Assembly: GCA_963666515.2 (NCBI GenBank)
Contig: OY762897.2
Location: forward strand, 2,336,001 to 2,400,000
DNA length: 64,000 nucleotides
DNA from: Candidatus Binatia bacterium
GTDB taxonomy: Bacteria; Desulfobacterota; Binatia; UBA9968; JAJDTQ01
Direction: 5' to 3'
The number at the start of each line of letters is the position of its first letter. Positions within the stretch are counted from its first letter, which is position 1. The notes below the pieces were generated by a model, which was not told the origin of the DNA, did no database searches, and worked only from the letters and a program-made list of their open reading frames with translations. Below, in pieces: positions 59,301 to 64,000 of the stretch. The position numbers were made by a program, and so were the translations under genes.

Positions 59301-62300
59301 CACGTCGGCCAGGGCGTCCGCCGACCGCTTGAACAGCCCGATCTCGACCAAGCCGTCCGGATACAGCTCGGCCATCCGCGGGGCGAACCCCTCGGGGTCC
59401 CCGGTCATTTCCTCCGGCCACGGATCTCCCGATCCCGCCACGACCGTGAAGCCGTCGCCGGTCTCCTCCAGGACGCCCGACTTGGCGCACATTTCGAGCA
59501 TCCGGCGGAAGAGGCGCCTGTGTTCCTCGTTGACGTTCAGCCGCTGCCGCAGGTCTTCGGCATCCACCACCTCGCCGGCCCGGCGCTCCCACCCCAGCTT
59601 GTCCAGGTTCGCGAGCGCATAGGACCGGGACCACCGCTCCAGGTCCGCCAGCAGGGCGCACCTGTCCTCCGGATCGACGTCCGCGCCGGTCAGGTAGCCG
59701 GAGAACGACTGCGACGCCGCGGCAACGGTCGCCGGACTCGGGAAGAAGTCCGCGGGCAACAGTCCCGGCGCCAGGGCGGAGTCGCGCCACACGACCTCGT
59801 ACAGCAGGTCGTTCACGCCTTCGATTGCCGACAGCAGCGCCTCGCGCGTGGCCCGCTTCACCGTGTACCCGCTCAACACCCCGAGGAGCGCCCCGTCGGG
59901 GTCGTAGATGGTCAGTTCTCCGCTCAGGACCTCCGGCGGCTCGCCGGCTTCCGCCTCCGGCTCCGGGGACGGCATGTTCATGCGCACGTGGCAGACCACC
60001 CGCTCCGGCAGCCGCCCCGCAAGCCACAACCGCTCCCATCCGAACGGCAGGTACGTGGTCGCGCCCTGGGTTCCGGTCAGGCCGCGCGCGGCCCCCACGA
60101 CCTGGAAGCAACCGTCCAGCACCAGCGGGTGGACGTCCAGCCCGTTGCGGCCGAGAGCTTCCGGAAAAGAGACCTCGCCCAACGCCTCGCCCGGCCGCGC
60201 CCAGACGCTCCCGAGGGTGCGGAAGGACGGGCCGAGATCGATCCCCGTATCGGCCCTGGCCCGGTAGTAGTCCGCCGTCTCCACCGGCGACATGCCGGCC
60301 TTCAGACCTTCAATATCCACACGCGTCACGGGCTGCGGCGCGGGAACGCCCGACGGCACGCGTCCCTCCATGTGGAGCGTCCACTCCCCTTCAGCCCCCT
60401 TGCTGAAGATCTGCACGCCGCGCGGCGCCGCCTGCCCGGGAGCGTCGAGCACGAGCTGCATGGTCCGGCCGTCTTCGCCCGCGCCGTCCCCGGAGTCCTG
60501 CTCAGGAAAAACCAGCGCATTGTGGAGCTGCACGTCCTCCACCACCGCCGAACCGCTGCCCTCGGCAAGGGCCGCGGTTGCGGCCATGGCGCCGTAGAGC
60601 GCGCCCGGGGCCAGCACCCGCCCGAATACCCGGTGGTCGCTCAGCCACGCCGGATCCGAAGGGAAGACTTCCGTCTCGAAGGAGACCTCGCCGCGAGCGG
60701 ACTCGTGCCGGACGCCCAGCAGGGGGTGGCCGGCGTTCCCGCGCCGTTGCTTCGGTGCTTCGAGCCAGTGGCGTTCGCGCTGGAACGGATACCCCGGCAA
60801 CGAGATACGCCGCCGCGCCTCTCCCGCGAAAAGCCCCTCGAAACGAACCGGCAGCCCCGCCCGGTAGGCCCCGGCCACAGCCTCGACGAAGCCGTCGCCC
60901 GAGGGGGCCGTCGCGTCGCCGGACGGCCGGCACAGGCTCGACAGCACCCTCGGCACCGGCGTCGGCGACGACTCGGGCCAAGCCGACACCGCCATCGGCG
61001 CCAGCACCGAATGCGGACCGATCTCCACCACCAGGTCCACGCCGAGTTCCGCCAACGTCCCGACCCCGGCCGCGAACGCCACCGGCTCCCGCGCATGACG
61101 CCGCCAGTAGGCGCCGTCCAGCCCCTCGCCGGCCTCCACCACCCGGCCGGTCAGGTTGCTGACCACCGCCAGCGAGGGGGCCTCGACGGCCAGACTGTTC
61201 ACGAACGCTTCCAGCTCGTCCAACGCCGGCTCCACCAGCGCGCTGTGGAACGCCTTGGCCGTGTTGAGGCGCCTGACCCGGATTCCCTCCGACTCGAAAC
61301 GCTTCGAGAGGTCTTCGATGCCCGCCACCGGTCCGCTGACCACCTGGTGGGTTCCGTTGTCCGCGGAGATGTTGACGCCGATTCCGGCCGATGCCTCGTT
61401 GGCAGCCTCGACCACGGCCGCCACGCGCGCCGGCGGGGCAAAGACCGCGGCCATGGCGCCCGGCTCGATGCCCGACAGCAGGGTGCCCCGTGTCGCGGCG
61501 AGCCTCATCCCGTCCTCCAGGCTGAACACGCCCGCGGCCTGGGCCGCAGCCAGCTCGCCGACGCTGTGCCCCAGGACCGCCGCGGGCCGGATGCCCACAC
61601 TCGCCCAGAGCGCGGTCAGCGCGCACTCCAGGGCATAGAGCGCCGGCTGTTCCCACGCCGTATCGCCCAGGTCCCCTTCGCCTCCCGGCCGGCCGAACAT
61701 CACGTCCAGCAGGGAGGCCCCCCGCTCCTCCCGGAACACCGATTCGCAACGGTCGAGCACCGCCCGCGCCACCGGCTCGGTGTCGTAGAGCGTCCGGCCC
61801 ATGCCGGCCCACTGGCTTCCCTGTCCGGTGTAGGCGAACGCCACCGTCTTCGCCGCGGCCGGCGCGGCGTCCTCGCTAGATTCGGCCAGCGCCTTGAGGC
61901 CCTCGCGCAACGAGCCGGCATCCTGGAAGACTACCCCGGCGCGGTGGTCGAAGTGGCTGCGCCCCACACCTGCGGTCCATGCCATGTCGGACAGCGCCGG
62001 CCCGGAAGCAGCGCCTTCGACGGAGAGGTTCCCGGGGGGTTCGTCGAGCCACGACAGGTGACGCGCCGCAAGTTCCCGGAGCGCGCCCGGCGACTTGCCC
62101 GAGAGCGGCAGGAAACGGGCCGGCCGGGGACCGAGGCCCTGCTCCGGCCGCGGCAGGTCCTCCGCGGCAGCCGGCAGCGAAACCGGCACCACCCTGGCCG
62201 GACCCGCGGCCGCGCGTTCCTCCCCGGACGTCCCGTCCGGGGCGCGGTGCTCCTCCACCACGATGTGGGCGTTGGTCCCGGATATCCCGAAGGAGTTCAC

Positions 62301-63569
62301 GCCCGCGAGCCGCGGCCGCCCGGGACGGCTGGGCCAGTCCATCATGGTCGAGGTAATGCGCAGCGGCAGACGGTCCCAGTCGAGGCGGGGGTTGGGATCC
62401 TGGAAATGCAGGTGCCTGGGAAGGACGCCCCGATTGACCACAAGCGCCGTCTTGATCAGTCCGGCAATCCCGGCCGCGGACTCCAGGTGGCCGATGTTGG
62501 TCTTCACCGAAGCCACCAGAAGCGGCCGGTCGGCGTCGCGTCCCCTGCCGTAGACATCTGCCACGGCCTCGATCTCGATGGGGTCGCCCACCGCGGTCCC
62601 GGTCCCGTGAGCCTCCAGGTAGTCCACCTCCGACGGTGGTACTCCCGCTTGCGACAGCGCCGTTTCGATGACCTGCACCAGCGCGGGGGTGTGCGGCACG
62701 GTCAGACCGGAGCTGGCGCCGCCGTGGTTCACCGCCGCCCCCCGGATCACCGCCCAGATCCGGTCGCCGTCCGCCTCGGCCTCGCTCAGCCGCTTCAACA
62801 CCACCACCCCGCAGCCTTCGCCCCGCACGTAGCCGTTGGCGGAGGCATCGAACGCCTTGCTCTGCCCGTCGGGGGACAACATCATCGCGTCCGCCCGAAG
62901 TTCGTAGATGCGGCTGTTCAGGATCGCCTGAACCCCGCCGGCAATGGCCAAGTCCGCCTTGCCCTGCTGGAGGTCCGCCACCGCGTCGTGCACCGATACC
63001 AGGGATGACGCGCAGGCTGCGTCCACGGCCTTGGCCGGCCCCATGAGACCCAGCACGAAAGAGACCCGCCCACTGGTGCCGTTCAGGTTGGTGCCGCTCA
63101 GGGCATAGAGGCATTCGGCCGCGCCGGAAGGCTTGGTCGAATCCACCACCAGCATCCGGTACTCGTCGTTGCTGATCCCGGTGTAGACCCCGGTGAGGCT
63201 CTCCTTGAGTCGGTCGGGATCGATCCCCGCGTCCTCCAGCGCCTGCCAGGTCGTCTCCAGCATCATGCGCTGCTGCGGGTCCAGCAGTTGCGCTTCCACA
63301 GGGGATATCCGAAAGAAGCCCGCGTCGAACAGGTCGATGTCGTCGACGAAGGCGCCGAAACGGCACGCTTCGCTGGGAACCGCGCCGTCAGGGAAAATCT
63401 CGCCCACCCGCCCGACACCGGAACCCGGGGCGTTTTCGGTGATGGCGTTCCCGCCGGCTTCGAGCAGGCGCCAGAACGAGGAGAGGTCCGGCGCGCCGGG
63501 GAAACGGCAGGCCATGCCGACGATGGCGACGGGCTCTCCGGCCCGGACGACACCAGATTCATTGCTCAT
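53325..63569 (-). CDS. supA: SupA-like type I PKS: KS-AT-DH-cMT-ER-KR-ACP-KS-AT(inactive)
   Basis: KS1 DAACASS/HGTGT/GHLE; AT GHSVG, AFHS; DH HRVFGRVLAP; MT LEVGAGTG; ER HAGAGGVG; KR TGGLGGIG; ACP GMDSL; KS2 ELNCASS; AT2 GRDLG; alternative start 63581. Confidence 0.9.
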   Translation of the reverse strand: MSNESGVVRAGEPVAIVGMACRFPGAPDLSSFWRLLEAGGNAITENAPGSGVGRVGEIFPDGAVPSEACRFGAFVDDIDLFDAGFFRISPVEAQLLDPQQRMMLETTWQALEDAGIDPDRLKESLTGVYTGISNDEYRMLVVDSTKPSGAAECLYALSGTNLNGTSGRVSFVLGLMGPAKAVDAACASSLVSVHDAVADLQQGKADLAIAGGVQAILNSRIYELRADAMMLSPDGQSKAFDASANGYVRGEGCGVVVLKRLSEAEADGDRIWAVIRGAAVNHGGASSGLTVPHTPALVQVIETALSQAGVPPSEVDYLEAHGTGTAVGDPIEIEAVADVYGRGRDADRPLLVASVKTNIGHLESAAGIAGLIKTALVVNRGVLPRHLHFQDPNPRLDWDRLPLRITSTMMDWPSRPGRPRLAGVNSFGISGTNAHIVVEEHRAPDGTSGEERAAAGPARVVPVSLPAAAEDLPRPEQGLGPRPARFLPLSGKSPGALRELAARHLSWLDEPPGNLSVEGAASGPALSDMAWTAGVGRSHFDHRAGVVFQDAGSLREGLKALAESSEDAAPAAAKTVAFAYTGQGSQWAGMGRTLYDTEPVARAVLDRCESVFREERGASLLDVMFGRPGGEGDLGDTAWEQPALYALECALTALWASVGIRPAAVLGHSVGELAAAQAAGVFSLEDGMRLAATRGTLLSGIEPGAMAAVFAPPARVAAVVEAANEASAGIGVNISADNGTHQVVSGPVAGIEDLSKRFESEGIRVRRLNTAKAFHSALVEPALDELEAFVNSLAVEAPSLAVVSNLTGRVVEAGEGLDGAYWRRHAREPVAFAAGVGTLAELGVDLVVEIGPHSVLAPMAVSAWPESSPTPVPRVLSSLCRPSGDATAPSGDGFVEAVAGAYRAGLPVRFEGLFAGEARRRISLPGYPFQRERHWLEAPKQRRGNAGHPLLGVRHESARGEVSFETEVFPSDPAWLSDHRVFGRVLAPGALYGAMAATAALAEGSGSAVVEDVQLHNALVFPEQDSGDGAGEDGRTMQLVLDAPGQAAPRGVQIFSKGAEGEWTLHMEGRVPSGVPAPQPVTRVDIEGLKAGMSPVETADYYRARADTGIDLGPSFRTLGSVWARPGEALGEVSFPEALGRNGLDVHPLVLDGCFQVVGAARGLTGTQGATTYLPFGWERLWLAGRLPERVVCHVRMNMPSPEPEAEAGEPPEVLSGELTIYDPDGALLGVLSGYTVKRATREALLSAIEGVNDLLYEVVWRDSALAPGLLPADFFPSPATVAAASQSFSGYLTGADVDPEDRCALLADLERWSRSYALANLDKLGWERRAGEVVDAEDLRQRLNVNEEHRRLFRRMLEMCAKSGVLEETGDGFTVVAGSGDPWPEEMTGDPEGFAPRMAELYPDGLVEIGLFKRSADALADVLRGGADPLTLLFSSGEPTAADLYLKAPVARAANRMLADAVQALVARLPEGRRLRVLEVGAGTGSATASVLPELPEGRFDYTYTDISAGFFAEAEARFGNDGIEYRPLDIEKDPVAQGFESHGYDLLLASNVLHATRYLQETLGHCRDLLAPSGHLIALENLSGLGWMDLTFGQLDGWWRFADDYRPHHALANPAVWRRALGDAGFTGAEVLGPDESETDRMPDKGVIVAQGPAQVTEPAGAWVLAADHGEVAAGLATELAARNQTVVLADGGAPESPEIRGPGVFRTAVGAEDREAWRSLVEGLPQDIPFNGVVHLAGLDGHGAEAATAEIAEDVRRAGASALALTQAVADSDLTPAKGMWFVTRGAQVLERERGGELAGATLWGFGKAVAREAAHLQPRMIDLDPGTTAAAPDLVDELLYPDPENHIAYRSGRRRVARLVRAGEGVERLTLPEEPDWALAPDPAGVFEKPYVMPLPARPLEPREVRVAVDAAGLNFWDVFRSLGFIEEGNLGREMCGQVVDVGSEVSTVSAGDPVVGLGFGAFAAEMITHEELVAPAPPGIPVTGLATVPSAFVSAALSYEFTGLEAGDRVLIHAGAGGVGLAAIQLAQAAGAEVFATASAPKQAYLRSLGVEHIYDSRRTAFGKEIIEDTDGAGVDVVLNSLTGEGFIDASLSCLAHGGRFVELARRDILSAGEMAAARPDVAYLILELDVLKKTDPAWVGRVLRGVMERLVAGELEPVIHSRWPLAEVGAALSFMRSARHLGKIVVTASPLARGRLRQDRTYLVTGGLGGIGCAVAGWLADRGAGTIVLNGRRAPDDAAEEAIGALRERGVTVQVELADVTDAAAVDGMLARIDGELPPLGGVIHSVGVLSDGALTNQSWDRFETVLWPKVLGGWHLHRATADRELEFFILFSSRVGVMGNPGQANHASANAFLDQLAGHRRALGLPGQSIAWGAWSEIGEAAEQRERIDRQRTALGGRWFTPQQGLRALDQLVRQDATTSVVMAMDWAMFEEAADDRPLFLEDLLSTAVEDDAGTEAPSGDLLSQLRGTPAGSREELLVSFLQQEVRAVLRLPATPAPTVGFFDLGMDSLMAVELRNRLNRALADVYTVSNTAVFDYPDIATLARHLVGELGEVGSAPVPQAQPDTRAEAQPEIPAEARPAARREDGGIAIVGMACRLPGAPDLAAFWRQLEAGENAVTDRRRDAGSSDDLVKGLPPEYEAYARGGFVEGIDRFDADFFRITPIAARLMDPRQRMMLETAWQALEDAGMNPDRLRGSRTGVYAGIGTSEYRDLMTAGAHGVSYLGTAASMAVGRVAFQLGLEGPTMPVELNCASSLVAVHHAVAGLHQGEVDMALVGGVAAVLSPGITQEMADLGMLSRGGQCRAFDAAADGFVRGEGCGIVVLKRLGDAAADGDRIWGVIRGSAVNQNGASAGPTVPNGPAQERVIEEALSRAGVAPCDVDYLEAHGAGSELGDTIEVQAAAAVYGRGRKADRPLLIGSVKTNIGHLEPAAGVAGLIKTVLAMKRGVIPRHLHFDDPNPNVDWQRLPVRVTSEAVEWPAGRDRPRLAAVSAFGISGTNAHVVVEGFRGPGEGSGAPDEGRTSRLLPLSGKTDGALRDSARRYLSWLDERGGELSSEDTASEPLLSDMAWTAGVGRSHFECRKALVFRDAASLREGLRSLADGSGEAKPVTATKVAFVYGGRDGEWAGMGRALYESEPVVRAVLDQCDAAVRRERDGSLLDVMFGAADGKGATDDTAWMQPAVYALECALTALWSSIGIRPSVAMGRDLGELAAAQAAGVFGLEEGLRLAAARDALSASPSASGGPESGQDGLEAVLAGVTLAPPSLVLLSGVTGRVMESGDVLDKAYWTRQPRESAAFAESVSMLAAMDVDVVVEIGVPGPAMAGARPDRADADGNRGAPLVLSSLRRDAPSENGFVEAVAGAYEAGLEVSFSGLFAGENRRRISLPGYPFERRQYWIEAPERAPK

Positions 63570-64000
63570 TTCGTTCTCCATCCGGCGGGGCTTCCACCCG
63601 CACGGTCAGGATGTCCGTGTCGTGATACTGCTGATGGCGGGCCCAGGCGGCGAGGTGCCGCAACAGCCGAAGCGACGTTTCCGACTCGTCGGGACCGTCG
63701 CTCGCGTGCTCGGCGAGCAGCACCATCCTGTCCTGGAGGTTCTCGCCGCCGGGCGCGGCCACGAACTCGAGGATCGCGCCGCGGTCCTGCCGGTAAGCCA
63801 CCAGGCCCAGGCGTTGCCGCCGGAGTTCACCGCCGGCCTCATCTTTTCCCATGAGCGTCAACAGCGACTCCTCCGCGGCGGCGGTCAGCCGCTCCGCCAT
63901 GGTTGTACCCCAACCGTTTCTGAACGAGAAATCTCCGAAGAACTTCCTGATCCCGGGCAGGAGCGCCACATCGAGAGCCCCCTCGAAGCGGCTGCGGCGG
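63559..64000 (-). CDS. C-terminus of upstream gene, probably the permease-like gene that accompanies sup PKS (partial)
   Basis: Frame open to the window edge, overlaps PKS start; identity inferred from context and recalled HQQYHDTDI-type tail. Confidence 0.55.
   Translation of the reverse strand, partial: RRSRFEGALDVALLPGIRKFFGDFSFRNGWGTTMAERLTAAAEESLLTLMGKDEAGGELRRQRLGLVAYRQDRGAILEFVAAPGGENLQDRMVLLAEHASDGPDESETSLRLLRHLAAWARHQQYHDTDILTVRVEAPPDGERNEQ

Noticed and set aside
57396-63008. 1870-aa + strand ORF and other long antisense ORFs (95..2014, 12493..15279, 16370..18931, 21618..24470)
   Set aside because: Shadows of GC-rich genes on the opposite strand; no motifs
1-64000. tRNA, rRNA, integrase or integron attC sites
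   Set aside because: None recognised by eye; a covariance-model search could still find small RNAs

Overview
GC-rich bacterial chromosomal window. The sup-type PKS, expanded TctC/amidohydrolase/CoA-transferase families and many AAA/Uma2/TA genes suggest a sponge-symbiont-like deltaproteobacterium (inference only). Layout: (1-24.4 kb) catabolic and transport operons with two Phd-VapC modules and REP-like palindromes; (24.5-40.4 kb) an accessory nuclease-rich region with an AAA_14/DUF4143 ATPase behind a 6 x 22-bp phased repeat array, two AAA-PD-(D/E)XK paralogues, two Uma2 copies (one frameshifted), an IS1634 with IRs and 6-bp TSD splitting an unknown gene, a TerB-like trio, and many short scraps of neighbouring genes (three mazE 5' stubs, two methyltransferase pieces, a 32-nt piece of the AAA gene); (40.4-52 kb) metabolic/housekeeping genes including a DUF3179 gene that appears to read through UGA as selenocysteine (UxxC plus SECIS-like hairpin); (52-64 kb) a sup-type type I PKS cluster whose KR has His in place of the catalytic Tyr. 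All family calls come from motif recognition by eye; no searches were run.
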